A DNA stretch of 64,000 nucleotides from a virus (lineage: Duplodnaviria; Caudoviricetes), in IMG/VR virus record IMGVR_UViG_3300010163_000002, positions 160,001 to 224,000 of that record; one strand, written 5' to 3'. Below are positions 48,901 through 58,588 of this stretch, one piece after another. The notes beneath the pieces were generated by a model. That model worked only from the letters and a program-made list of their open reading frames with translations. It had not been told where the DNA came from and did no database searches. A program made the position numbers and the translations under genes. Position 1 is the stretch's first letter, and every line of letters starts with the position of its first letter.

Positions 48901-51900
48901 AGCTAATGATTCAAGACGAGTGAGAAACTTAGTTATTAGACGTGGCGGAGATGAACTTGAAGAATGGTGTAGAGCCAATGGTTTTACAGGAAGTCTTGAT
49001 GAAAAGAAAGTACGACTTGGCAACGAATTTGGTTTACCTGCAACTGCATTAGCAAAAATTAAGACTGACGAGGATGCGAATTTAGTATTTGCTAAGCAGT
49101 ATAGGCATAACGCTAAAGGTACATCTGGAAAACCATTTATGGGAATATCTGCACTTACTAAAGGCGAAGGCCTTCTTAGTAATCGTGGGTTTGGTGTGGT
49201 TCCTAAAACTGGTGTTTATAATGTAACAACTCCTACTCATATTATTAATACTGAAGATATGCATACATTATCCGGCGGTAAGGGCACTAGAGTATCTGTA
49301 CAGCAGGCTCTTGGAAAAGAAAAGTTGGCTGCAAAGGCTGCTGGGTATAAGATTGCATCTCATGCTGGTGGTACTGGTATGAAAATCACTAATGATGGCG
49401 TTGATATAGATACCAATGCTATTATGAGCGAAGCTAAAAGATTTATACCTGAAGCTGCAGGTGGCGGCTTAGTTGGCGGTATTTTATCACTGGTATTAGG
49501 CTTAGCAGGAGGACCAATTCTTGGTGCTGCTGTAGGCGCAGCAGGCACTATCGTATCTAAATCTGATACATTGAAAGACATGTTATTCGGTAAAGCCGGA
49601 GAAGATGGTAAAAGAGACGGCACTGGTATTGTTTCTAAAACTATCATGGATACAGTTAATAAATATGCTCCCGATGCTCTTAAATATGGTATGGCTGGAG
49701 TTATTCCTGGATTACTTACACCTCTTGGCCCTGTAGGAGGACTTCTCGTTGGTGGAGCAATTGGAGTATTAAAGAATAATGAAAAATTCACTAATAAATA
49801 CTTTGGCGAAGAAGGAAAACTTACCATTGGTTCTAAGGAAAAGAAAATACTTGAGAAGATGTTTCCGGCTGCTGCTAAGGGAGCTGCGATTGGCACTATA
49901 GCAGGATTCCTTTTACCAACACCGTTTGGATTCCTTGGTAACGCTATGTTTGGTAGCGCTATTGGGATGATGACTGCTACTGATGAATTTAAAGATCTTA
50001 TACTTGGTAAAGAGATTAATGGTGAAAGATTTGGTGGTGTTCTTGGAGCGATTAAGGACGCACTAAATCCATTTACAAATTCATTAAAAAATGTTGGAGA
50101 AAAATTATCTGACGCGTTTGAAGCAAATGTAATTAGCCCGTTGCAAAAATTCATTAAACCTGCAATACACGCCCTGCCAATAGCACTTGGAGCAGTACCA
50201 AGATTTCTTGGAAAGCAACTTGACAAACATACTCAGGGTATAAGACGTACTGTAGGTGGTAAAGTTAAAGACGTACTCGGAAGACCTGCTAAAATTGTTG
50301 CTGGTGGAATGGAAGCTGTAGCCGGTGGGGTAGGAAAAGTATTATCCGTACCTGGCAAAATTATAGGCGGGGCTGGTGATAAGTTAAGAGAATACGATAT
50401 TAGAAATGGCGATTTTGTAGATATGAATCAGGTTCAGGCTGTTGCTTGGATGGATTCTCACAAGAGAGGCGATAAAGTAAGTTCTACCCTTAGAGCATCA
50501 TCAAAAGTTGGTTCCGGCGCAGATGACTCAATGACTGTTGAAGATGCTGAGGCAATGGCTAAATATCTTGATAGAATGAATGATTCAGAATCTACCGCAC
50601 GTAAAAATCTGGATGCGAAAAATAAAGCATTAAATAATTTACTTGATAATTATACAACCAAAGATGGTACAAAACTTTCAAAGAAGCAGATTAATGGAAT
50701 ATTAGATGCTGCTGACAGGAAAGAATTTGGAGACATATCTAGGATATTACAATCAGATGGAACGCTAACTAAAAGCGAATTTAACAAATTCATGGATGAA
50801 GGCGGCTTAAAGAAAGCCGTTATGGATGCTCATGATGCTAAATCTAGGCTTAAAAATATAACAGATATTGGAAGTACAGACGAAGCTGCAAAAGGCTTAA
50901 ATGAAATGCTAGAAAAATTTAATATTACTGATGACTTTGATTGGACTAATAAGAAAGAAAGAGCTAAGTTTTCAGCTCTTCTTAAAGATAGATTAGTTGA
51001 GCTTCAAGCTAATCCTGATGAAATTAAGGAAAAGCGAGAAGAAGAAGTAATGGAAGAAAATAATAAAAATATTATAACAATTACAGACAAAGTTTCTGCT
51101 ATTGCTAAATTCTTTGAAGATATGACTAATATGAATAATGAAGCTACCAAAGATATTAATGAACAAACTCAAGCTAGCCTTGAAGCTGGGCAAAGGTTTA
51201 TAAATGGAAAGTACGATAAAAATATTGAAAGCGCTAAAAAAGATATGGGCAAAGATGAAGCTTCTAAACTTACTCCGGAAGGAGAAGATAGATTATCTTC
51301 TGAAAAAACATCTAACCGTGCATATAAATATACTGCTGATATCGTTAATAATGCTACTGGCGGTATGGGCAATTTCAATAAGGCTCAAGGGTTATTCAGA
51401 AAAGGAGCTACAGGAATACTTGGCGATCTAAGCAAAGCGTTTACTCCAGAAGGAGTTAAATATGTATCTAACTTATCCAAAACTAAACTTAAAACGTTTA
51501 ATACTTGGGTAAATAAGAAATTTATCAAGAAAACTATTCTTAATGGTAAATTTAAAATAACTGATAAAACTGTTGAATTTATGACTAAAACTGTTAATAA
51601 TAAACAGCTATATGATAATTGTAGATTCCTTAGCCAGATTTATAATAAACCTACAGGTAAAGGCATTTATAGTAGATTCGAATCTCTTGAGGCTATAGGA
51701 ATGCTTGATGACATAGCATTACAAGAATTGAGAGAGGAATTTGGGGTTAATGACTCTGATGCCACATCGTCATTTACAACAAATGCCGCTGGAGTAGCTG
51801 GTAGAACTGCTAAGGGCGTTGCATGGGGAACCGGAGCTGTTGTAGGCGGTCTTGCAGGTGCGGGAAAAGAAATTGTATCAGGTACTGCGAAGACTGCTGG

Positions 51901-54900
51901 TAAAGGAGCAAGGTATGTTAGAGGAGCACGTTCTGATGAATGGTATTCTAAACATGCCCCTGCAGAAGAAGCTCAGCCTGAAGCAGAACAGAACGGCCTT
52001 GGTACTTTACTTCTTAGCGGCGCAGGAAAACTAGCAAGTGGAACTCTCGGAAGCGTCGGTAACCTTGCTATGAACGGTATTGGAGCTGTTGGTAAGTTGG
52101 CCGGAGGACTACTAGGTGGTGTAGGAAAACTTGCTGGTGGTTTACTTGGATCTATATTCGGAAAGAATAAAAAAGATTCTGGAGACGAAAATTCATCTAA
52201 AGCATTAGGAGCTATGGCAGGTTTACTTGGATTAAATAGCGCTAGTGCATCCTCACCAGTGTTGTCTAGCGGTGAAGGATTTGAAGAAACTGATAAAAAA
52301 GGTGATGGTAAAGACGTAGTAAGTCTTGGCGATGGTATGTTTGGCCAGGTTAGACGAGATTCATCTGGCAATGTTGAGTTGGATGGATCAGATTCTGCTA
52401 CTAAAAATGCCATGAACAAGATAGCACTAAAAGAAAAAGCTCAAGAAAAATTAAGAGATGCTCAATTAAAAGCATGCGAAATCATCAAGAGTAATTTTGA
52501 TACATCAGCTATCAAAGAATCTAAAGGTGGTAAAATAGGTTGGCTTGGATTGCTTCTTATGGGAGGATTACTTGCTAAAACTGGTGTGCTTAAGAAAATA
52601 TATGAAGGAGTTATAGAACCTATATGGACTAATGGTATCAAACCTTGGGCCGAAAAAATATGGACTGAAAAACTCAAACCATTTTTAACAGAAGATGTGC
52701 CAAACTGGATTATGAATACTGCTATTCCATGGCTTGGTAAAACTTTTGGTGGCATATTAAATACTGCAATACAAGGTTTACCTGCTATTTTAAGTGGCGG
52801 AGGGTCTGTAATTGGTGGTATTCTTGATTATGTAGTTGGAAATAAAAATAATGCTGGAGCAAGTACAAGCGGATCTATATCAAAAGATGCATATGATGGA
52901 TCTTTGGTAGATGAAAATGGTAAAACTCTTAGTTATGACGATATAATTAATAAAAATTATAATACCGCTTATAATGAGCAAGGAGCTGAAGTGCAAATTG
53001 ACGAGGACGGTAATTTTACTGTACAGGATGAATCTGTTAAGGGCAGTAATTATTTATCAGCACTTGGCAAGGGTGCAAGTAGAGCTTTTAACCTCGGAAT
53101 GATGAGCGGCAAACAAAGTAAAATTATACAAGCCGCATCAAAAGTAACCGGATGGCTTGGTAAACATGGAACAACGCTTACGAAATTTGGTGGTAAAATA
53201 GGGAATTTCTTCACCAAACCTCTTGAATTTGCTAATAAAAAAGGAGTTAATTTTAGTGAAAGATGGGGGAATTTTACAGATAGTATAATAGATAAGGCAT
53301 TAGGAAAAAATACAGCAGAAGAAACAGCATTAGCTGTAATTGATAATGTCAGCGAACAGGCAGCAGATTCTGCTATAGGAAAAGCATTAAAAAATGGTGC
53401 TGAAGATATAGCTCAGGAAGCTGTAGAAACAGCAACAAAGAAAGGTGTATTAGGCACTATCGGAGATTTCTTTAAGGGAGTCGGGTCAAAAATACAGCAC
53501 GGCGCCGGTAAAGCACTCAATGCTCTGGTTGATGCTGTTAAAAAAGTAATTGATAAATTCTGCAATAGCTGGATAGTCAAAGATGCTTTAAGTAAAGTTG
53601 CTAAAACTCTCAAAATCGACGACGTTACAGGTTATATTGCAAAATTCAGATCTAAAGCTAATGAAGTATTTGAAACTGCAGTAAAAAAAGCATGTGATAA
53701 ACTAGGCGAAAATGCAGTAAAACAATTGGCAAAAACTGTTTTGGCTGCTGTAACTGCAGGTATTGATTTTACTGTAGCATTAGACCAGGCAGAATCAATT
53801 CTTGAAGTAAGAGAGACATCTTTTATGGAAGAATTAATTGCAGGTTTGATTAATACAGTTATAGGATTAATACCAGTGATAAACATGTTTTCAGATTGGA
53901 TTATAAAACAATTATTCTCATTTTTCGGTGAAGACTATGATGTAAGACATGCTGAAGCCGAAGCATATGCGGAACAGTATAATGCAGAACATCAAACTAC
54001 GTATTCTACAGCAGAAATTTTAAAATATCAGAATTCTGTTACTGGTAAAGTAGAAAAAGCTGTTGGAGACTTTGTTAAACCTATTGGAGATGCTGCAGTA
54101 GGAGCCGGTAAAGCAATATACAATGGTGGTAAAGCTGCTGTGGGGTGGATAGGTGATAGAGGAAAAGATATTGCCAACTTCTTTGGATGGGGCGGAGATG
54201 ATGAAGTAGAGTCTAATGCCGAAGGTACAATGACCAAAGGATGGTTGAATACAACTACTATTTCTAAAAATCCAATACATAATTTATTTAATAAAGGATT
54301 AAAGGGATTGGCTAATATTATGGGAGATCCTATTAAAATCCTTGCAAACGCAAATGAATTTAAAACTTTAGATTCTATTATGGCTAAAGCTAAAGAAGGC
54401 AAGATTTCAGTATTCTCTAAAGAATTCTGGAAAAATGATGACATCAAAGATAATTCCGTTGCAGGAATACTTAGAAATGTATTAAGTAAATTTACTAGAT
54501 TTATGAGCGCTCCTATGCTTATGGTTAAGAGTTCTCTTGAATCATTGTATGATGATATTAATGTAGTTGGAAATGCTATGATTGGCAAAACTAATGCTGC
54601 TACATCATCAAAATCAATTACATCTTCTAGCAAAGCTGTAACAACTTCACCATTAAAGAAATCTACTGGATTCTTATCTAAAGTTAAAACAACGTTTGGT
54701 AGCGCTGTTAGCAAGATCAAATCATTCTTTGGATTTGGTTCTGGTCCTGATTATCAGTATGGTACAGGAATGTATTCTAAACAGATTGATCCTGATGTTG
54801 CTGGTATTAGATTCAATACATCATCTGATAGCGAGTATCAGACCATTGGTAATTCTGGTTGCGGCCCTGCGGCTGCTGTTAACGCATTAGAGTCTATATA

Positions 54901-57900
54901 TGGGCGTGGTAATGCTGTTGCTGATGCCGCTAGATTCGCGCTTAACCATGGATATAAAGAAACAGACGGTGGTACAAAGCCTGGATTCTTTACTGATTAC
55001 TTCAATAGAAATGGTTTAGGAGCTCAGACTTCTTATAACAAGAGCCAAATTGAAAGAAATATTAATAGCGGTTTGCCTACAGTAATTATGGGTAGAAACG
55101 CTAAGGGCACGTCATCGGCATCTCCATTTGGAAGTACTCCTCATTATGTAACAGTAACTGGAACTGATGGTCATGGAAATGCTATTGTACAAGACCCTGA
55201 ATCTAAATATGATAATCAGCTCTATCCTGTAAAGAGCCTTATGAAGAATACCTCATTAGGAGTTTCTGCATTTGGCAAACGGTATGGTATGGGTATGAGG
55301 CCTGATAGATTTGCATACAAAAATAAACGTATAACTAGATGGGGTACAGGTAAGGGTACTATTATTTTTATAGGAGATTCTCGTACTGTTGGTATGAAGA
55401 GCGCCGTCGGTAACAATAGCCATATATGGTCTTGTAAGGTTGGTATGGGTCTTAACTGGATGAAATCTACTGGAGTTCCAGATGTAGAAAGTCAGATTGA
55501 TTCTAATAAGGCTGTAGTAATACTTATGGGAGTTAATGACTGTGATGGTAGCGCTTCTGCTAAGAGATATGCTGCTTATATAAATGATAAGGCCTCTGAT
55601 TGGGTATCTAAAGGGGCTGAGGTGTACTTTGTATCTATTAACCCTGTAGATGAAAGTAAATATCATGGTGCTGTAACAAATGCTAAGATAGACGAATTTA
55701 ATAGTACTATTAAGACTGCACTGTCTAGCAATGTAAAATATATTGATACAAATAGCCAAATTAAATCATCAATGTCTTCTTCTGACGGGCTGCATTATAA
55801 TAATGCAACGTATAAGGAGATTTATAATATTATTACAAATGCTGTAGCTACAGGTGTATCAGCAAGCACCACTTTAACTTCGACAAGTAGTTCTACTTCT
55901 TCAAGCATCACTACATCTAATGCTAATGATAACTCCGCTCCTCAGACTCCAACTGTGGTAAGCATGTTTTCTGATATTCTTATGAATTCTAAAGCTGGTA
56001 AAGCTCTTGGATTATTTATAGGAACTTCAAATAATGATCAACAATCGTCTAATACTACTTCTAATAATACATCTTCAAGCTCTTCATCTTCCAGCACAAA
56101 TAAAGGATCATTCCCTAAGTATGATCTTAATGATCAGCAGATTAAGGGTATTGCTAATATACTTCAGCATGAACAGCCAGGATTATCTGGTATGCTTGCG
56201 GAAGCTTCATTGATGGCCAATCTTACTGATATGGGTGGAGATGATAAAGCTACAACTGAAAATCTTGTTCGTAAAGCTACCTCAGGGTGGTTTGCTTACG
56301 GAAGTAGCAGATTTAATAATCCTGGCACTCCAAGTGCTGAAGCTATTAAAGCTGCAAAAGCCGTATTACTTAATGGTAAACGTACAGTACCTAGGTATGT
56401 AGATGAGCATGATTGCTTTAGCGATCTTTCTTCAGTTACAACCGATGGTAAATCAAATACTATATCTGATAGATCTGGTTATGTACAGCACAAAACCAAG
56501 ATTAATAACCGTTATGGTTCATCTTATACATTCTGGGGATTCCCGAATAGTGGAGCAGATCCATTTGGTTATACTAGCGATGCTAATCGTCAAAAATGGG
56601 GAGATGATTGTTTCTCTGCAGAAGATGCGACATCCGGTCTTGGTAGATTTAAACGTAGAAAACATGGTAGAGGCAAATGGGGTAGAGGTACCGAAGATCA
56701 AATTTGGTATTACCTGAGACATACCGGTGGAATGACTGAAGAGGGCGCTGCTGGTCTTATGGGTAACCTTGAAGCAGAGTCTGGAATGAGACCAAACAAT
56801 GCTGAAAATGGTTATGAGTATTTGACTGGTAACGATGAAGAATATACTAAAAAGATTGACTCTGGACAAGTATCAAGATTCCAGTTTGCACATCCTTGGG
56901 GAGATAGCAGGCAGTGTGGTTATGGTCTTGCTCAATGGACTAGCGCTGGAAGAAAAGAAGGACTATATGATCTTGTTAAAGAACGTAATGTATCTATTGC
57001 CGATTTGAAAACTCAGCTTGATTGGCTTATGACGGAATTAAATAAATCATATGCCGGAGTATATTCAGTACTTAAATCAACAAATAGTTTACAAGCTGCA
57101 TCGGATAAAGTTCTTGGAGAATTTGAAATTCCTGCAAACTGGAGAAGCCAATCTGGAACTAGGGCAAGTATGGGGCAGAAATGGCTTAATAAGTTTAAAG
57201 GAACAGAAGGAGAGCAGTTAGGAGATTCTACTACCATGAACAATTCTTCTAGCGGCGATTCAGATTCTGAAACTACCCAACAGAATAGTAGTCCAACAAT
57301 TATTGATATGATGACCAATATCTTAGCAGAATCTAAAGTTGGTAAAGCGTTGCATGCATTTATCGGTGGAAATACTGGCGCTGCACCTTCAGGATCGGAC
57401 AACAATAGTTCAGGCTCTACAGCATCTGGGGACGCAGCGGAAGTAGTTAAGATAGCTAAGGAACAGGTTGGTATTAAGGAATCTCCTGTAAACGTATGTA
57501 AATACAATGACTGGTATTATGGCCACCATGTAAATGGAGATGCATATCCATGGTGCGCAGCATTCACATCATGGGTAACAAATGAAGCTGGAGTACCTAC
57601 AAGTATTATGCCTAAAGACGCTTATACGGTAACAGCGTACCAGACTCTTGTTAATAGAGGAGGTAAAATATCTAACTCTGAAGCTAGACCTGGAGATATC
57701 ATTTACTTCACAAAGAATGGCGCTGCTAGTGGTATTTATCATACCGGTATTATTACAGACAATAGCAATGGCGTAATTAGTACTGTTGAAGGTAATAGTG
57801 GTAATGCTGTAAAAGAGCATACATATAACGTTAGCAGTGGTAAAGTACTTTGTGCAAGGCCGCAATATAAAAATACAAGCAATAATACATCAACAACAAC

Positions 57901-58510
57901 TTCTACAACTACAAATAGTTCTGAAACCAAAACCGCCGGAGATGCTCCAGATGTATCTAATACCCGTGGCGGAAATGGTAATAAACCATTATCTAGATAC
58001 GGCCAATATAGAGATACTATCTATGGTAGAGGATCAGAAAGAAAAATTAAAAATAGAGGAGTTCCTAAACAGCATCTGTCTCGTGAAGGATACACTAAAG
58101 TTGATGTATCTACATTTGATACCCAGCTTGGAAATGCACTTAAAACAGCAAACCGTCCTAAGGTGTATAAGTATGGTTCTGTTGGACTTGGTTCTGGCCC
58201 GGCATATGGTAAAGGAACTAGTCCGGATTATAGTAAACTAATTAATAGTATTATTAAAATCTTAATGACTATTGCAGATAATACTGATAAACTTAATATT
58301 ATCGTATCTATTCTCAATAATAAATTAGGGGCTAATATAACAGCATCTGATGTATCTGATCAAAATGCTAAACACGAAAGCTTAAAATCTAAATTAGCTA
58401 GTAGTTTAAATAACGTAGATTTATCTAAATTTAATAATGCAGCAGATCAAATTGGTGATAATTCGATTAATTCGATTATATCTGCCATGAATGCTATTGC
58501 ATCTGAATAA
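45905..58510 (+). CDS. giant tape-measure protein with C-terminal peptidase C39-like, SGNH, unknown hydrolase-like, phage tail lysozyme and CHAP domains
   Basis: 4,201 aa, helical and Gly-rich hydrophobic segments. Motifs: FDGITRKAIIEVIPTYLRRI; GNSGCGP..HYV..QDP; FIGDSRT..GVND..DGLH; AAGLMGNLEAESG..GYGLAQWT; PWCAAF..HTGI..TVEGN. Promoter motif at 45872-45883. Confidence 0.85.
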   Translation: MKIKMKRVNNYMKNVMKSVTYAAADIASDYTPGMQELKSSNQEFIKSTYAALKNPKAAIKRSVEAIQESKTFKALDYGAKNLVEDLRTGNFYNKERKDRDELRLSGLDFDMDDLSQFGIDDDWESKVNNSSSSSDSGITAGDMRIVNSIEGSNAALASATVNAVIRTSNSQIRAGRANMGMIYVQNEKLFGGLHNDISILNNTMNEMYKMQAASLQNIDKNMSNFFTSEAKLSAERNAILKEMLEMQRNQYKSAIDKERESKLKKTNKVRWSDVNVNGMVDFDAYFKNVQKNISNQLSSMIGMEGFGEDGNLLATFMTSPLEGAVKAVVNGVIPATVKAAAKEFDGTLSGIFGTLMGKMANAKSNDDGGLLGILSKFLGINTGVNKSIDTSRYEKGPVPFDGITRKAIIEVIPTYLRRIEAAISGRPEQLFDYKSGKWTKGADLKKQYDEIHKNAIKSGTSEVREMLNPSMAAMKNGAKSRSEAEAMEKAWDEFYQFLMDNNGIFNPKVSAFKNGVSSSTYPNFYKYYNAIRKAYAEQDVVEQRDNTGKVIRSRNTKNRVRMQLAGNVLSAKEREEQQYRDIELDPTSPFYALFSGIKFDEHGKWKGDNKNFKAFNRLSNEKDELGNNIFNYLQNINKELTWVRLNLPNMTFSAGRGRRKATDSVTGTRVSFDSINLMNASLKNANDAEYRNKNNDDEKIRRAALEKIKSGKAVDLSVFSEDEQEYLLALAELMRNSSAEEYKSELEGYNAGGISSWMNKNVYKANIRTRKDLEEAIRKANKEGKNIDDEKMDQKEEKFFQKIMKRVNAGGDIIGGVVGAAADSFTNVLYAADKAVYEMFYKTEIQDEEDKTKYKGFMDMMAHKMSDTFKDIKEKFKKDILDPFKERFGITEENKKRFKEGAINTLGSIWGVFKDSNKSIYGPLLDKMREGEFDYEEYGRQQSEAARALTKEERDRRKNVRRGLHVSDIATSKITNKDFARAISNGTKEWGAITTNSVEANDSRRVRNLVIRRGGDELEEWCRANGFTGSLDEKKVRLGNEFGLPATALAKIKTDEDANLVFAKQYRHNAKGTSGKPFMGISALTKGEGLLSNRGFGVVPKTGVYNVTTPTHIINTEDMHTLSGGKGTRVSVQQALGKEKLAAKAAGYKIASHAGGTGMKITNDGVDIDTNAIMSEAKRFIPEAAGGGLVGGILSLVLGLAGGPILGAAVGAAGTIVSKSDTLKDMLFGKAGEDGKRDGTGIVSKTIMDTVNKYAPDALKYGMAGVIPGLLTPLGPVGGLLVGGAIGVLKNNEKFTNKYFGEEGKLTIGSKEKKILEKMFPAAAKGAAIGTIAGFLLPTPFGFLGNAMFGSAIGMMTATDEFKDLILGKEINGERFGGVLGAIKDALNPFTNSLKNVGEKLSDAFEANVISPLQKFIKPAIHALPIALGAVPRFLGKQLDKHTQGIRRTVGGKVKDVLGRPAKIVAGGMEAVAGGVGKVLSVPGKIIGGAGDKLREYDIRNGDFVDMNQVQAVAWMDSHKRGDKVSSTLRASSKVGSGADDSMTVEDAEAMAKYLDRMNDSESTARKNLDAKNKALNNLLDNYTTKDGTKLSKKQINGILDAADRKEFGDISRILQSDGTLTKSEFNKFMDEGGLKKAVMDAHDAKSRLKNITDIGSTDEAAKGLNEMLEKFNITDDFDWTNKKERAKFSALLKDRLVELQANPDEIKEKREEEVMEENNKNIITITDKVSAIAKFFEDMTNMNNEATKDINEQTQASLEAGQRFINGKYDKNIESAKKDMGKDEASKLTPEGEDRLSSEKTSNRAYKYTADIVNNATGGMGNFNKAQGLFRKGATGILGDLSKAFTPEGVKYVSNLSKTKLKTFNTWVNKKFIKKTILNGKFKITDKTVEFMTKTVNNKQLYDNCRFLSQIYNKPTGKGIYSRFESLEAIGMLDDIALQELREEFGVNDSDATSSFTTNAAGVAGRTAKGVAWGTGAVVGGLAGAGKEIVSGTAKTAGKGARYVRGARSDEWYSKHAPAEEAQPEAEQNGLGTLLLSGAGKLASGTLGSVGNLAMNGIGAVGKLAGGLLGGVGKLAGGLLGSIFGKNKKDSGDENSSKALGAMAGLLGLNSASASSPVLSSGEGFEETDKKGDGKDVVSLGDGMFGQVRRDSSGNVELDGSDSATKNAMNKIALKEKAQEKLRDAQLKACEIIKSNFDTSAIKESKGGKIGWLGLLLMGGLLAKTGVLKKIYEGVIEPIWTNGIKPWAEKIWTEKLKPFLTEDVPNWIMNTAIPWLGKTFGGILNTAIQGLPAILSGGGSVIGGILDYVVGNKNNAGASTSGSISKDAYDGSLVDENGKTLSYDDIINKNYNTAYNEQGAEVQIDEDGNFTVQDESVKGSNYLSALGKGASRAFNLGMMSGKQSKIIQAASKVTGWLGKHGTTLTKFGGKIGNFFTKPLEFANKKGVNFSERWGNFTDSIIDKALGKNTAEETALAVIDNVSEQAADSAIGKALKNGAEDIAQEAVETATKKGVLGTIGDFFKGVGSKIQHGAGKALNALVDAVKKVIDKFCNSWIVKDALSKVAKTLKIDDVTGYIAKFRSKANEVFETAVKKACDKLGENAVKQLAKTVLAAVTAGIDFTVALDQAESILEVRETSFMEELIAGLINTVIGLIPVINMFSDWIIKQLFSFFGEDYDVRHAEAEAYAEQYNAEHQTTYSTAEILKYQNSVTGKVEKAVGDFVKPIGDAAVGAGKAIYNGGKAAVGWIGDRGKDIANFFGWGGDDEVESNAEGTMTKGWLNTTTISKNPIHNLFNKGLKGLANIMGDPIKILANANEFKTLDSIMAKAKEGKISVFSKEFWKNDDIKDNSVAGILRNVLSKFTRFMSAPMLMVKSSLESLYDDINVVGNAMIGKTNAATSSKSITSSSKAVTTSPLKKSTGFLSKVKTTFGSAVSKIKSFFGFGSGPDYQYGTGMYSKQIDPDVAGIRFNTSSDSEYQTIGNSGCGPAAAVNALESIYGRGNAVADAARFALNHGYKETDGGTKPGFFTDYFNRNGLGAQTSYNKSQIERNINSGLPTVIMGRNAKGTSSASPFGSTPHYVTVTGTDGHGNAIVQDPESKYDNQLYPVKSLMKNTSLGVSAFGKRYGMGMRPDRFAYKNKRITRWGTGKGTIIFIGDSRTVGMKSAVGNNSHIWSCKVGMGLNWMKSTGVPDVESQIDSNKAVVILMGVNDCDGSASAKRYAAYINDKASDWVSKGAEVYFVSINPVDESKYHGAVTNAKIDEFNSTIKTALSSNVKYIDTNSQIKSSMSSSDGLHYNNATYKEIYNIITNAVATGVSASTTLTSTSSSTSSSITTSNANDNSAPQTPTVVSMFSDILMNSKAGKALGLFIGTSNNDQQSSNTTSNNTSSSSSSSSTNKGSFPKYDLNDQQIKGIANILQHEQPGLSGMLAEASLMANLTDMGGDDKATTENLVRKATSGWFAYGSSRFNNPGTPSAEAIKAAKAVLLNGKRTVPRYVDEHDCFSDLSSVTTDGKSNTISDRSGYVQHKTKINNRYGSSYTFWGFPNSGADPFGYTSDANRQKWGDDCFSAEDATSGLGRFKRRKHGRGKWGRGTEDQIWYYLRHTGGMTEEGAAGLMGNLEAESGMRPNNAENGYEYLTGNDEEYTKKIDSGQVSRFQFAHPWGDSRQCGYGLAQWTSAGRKEGLYDLVKERNVSIADLKTQLDWLMTELNKSYAGVYSVLKSTNSLQAASDKVLGEFEIPANWRSQSGTRASMGQKWLNKFKGTEGEQLGDSTTMNNSSSGDSDSETTQQNSSPTIIDMMTNILAESKVGKALHAFIGGNTGAAPSGSDNNSSGSTASGDAAEVVKIAKEQVGIKESPVNVCKYNDWYYGHHVNGDAYPWCAAFTSWVTNEAGVPTSIMPKDAYTVTAYQTLVNRGGKISNSEARPGDIIYFTKNGAASGIYHTGIITDNSNGVISTVEGNSGNAVKEHTYNVSSGKVLCARPQYKNTSNNTSTTTSTTTNSSETKTAGDAPDVSNTRGGNGNKPLSRYGQYRDTIYGRGSERKIKNRGVPKQHLSREGYTKVDVSTFDTQLGNALKTANRPKVYKYGSVGLGSGPAYGKGTSPDYSKLINSIIKILMTIADNTDKLNIIVSILNNKLGANITASDVSDQNAKHESLKSKLASSLNNVDLSKFNNAADQIGDNSINSIISAMNAIASE

Positions 58511-58533
58511 ATATAATATATAAATATTTAACA

Positions 58534-58557
58534 GGGCAGGTCATTTTTGACCTGCCC
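58534..58557. terminator. hairpin abutting the next late promoter
   Basis: GGGCAGGTCA-tttt-TGACCTGCCC, then AACA-attaag-TAA at 58558-58569. Confidence 0.75.
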
Positions 58558-58588
58558 AACAATTAAGTAAATTTTAGGAGGTGGTTTA

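Noticed and set aside
55860-56100. Low-complexity TCT/ACT-rich tract as a DNA repeat element
   Set aside because: It encodes Ser/Thr linkers with mixed codons; it is not a tandem repeat.
46119-58241. Many antisense and alternate-frame ORFs (e.g. 49360-50226, 54028-54720; also 33474-34004, 39030-39638, 62756-63334)
   Set aside because: They lie within long genuine genes, lack RBS or promoter motifs, and read as codon-bias shadows.
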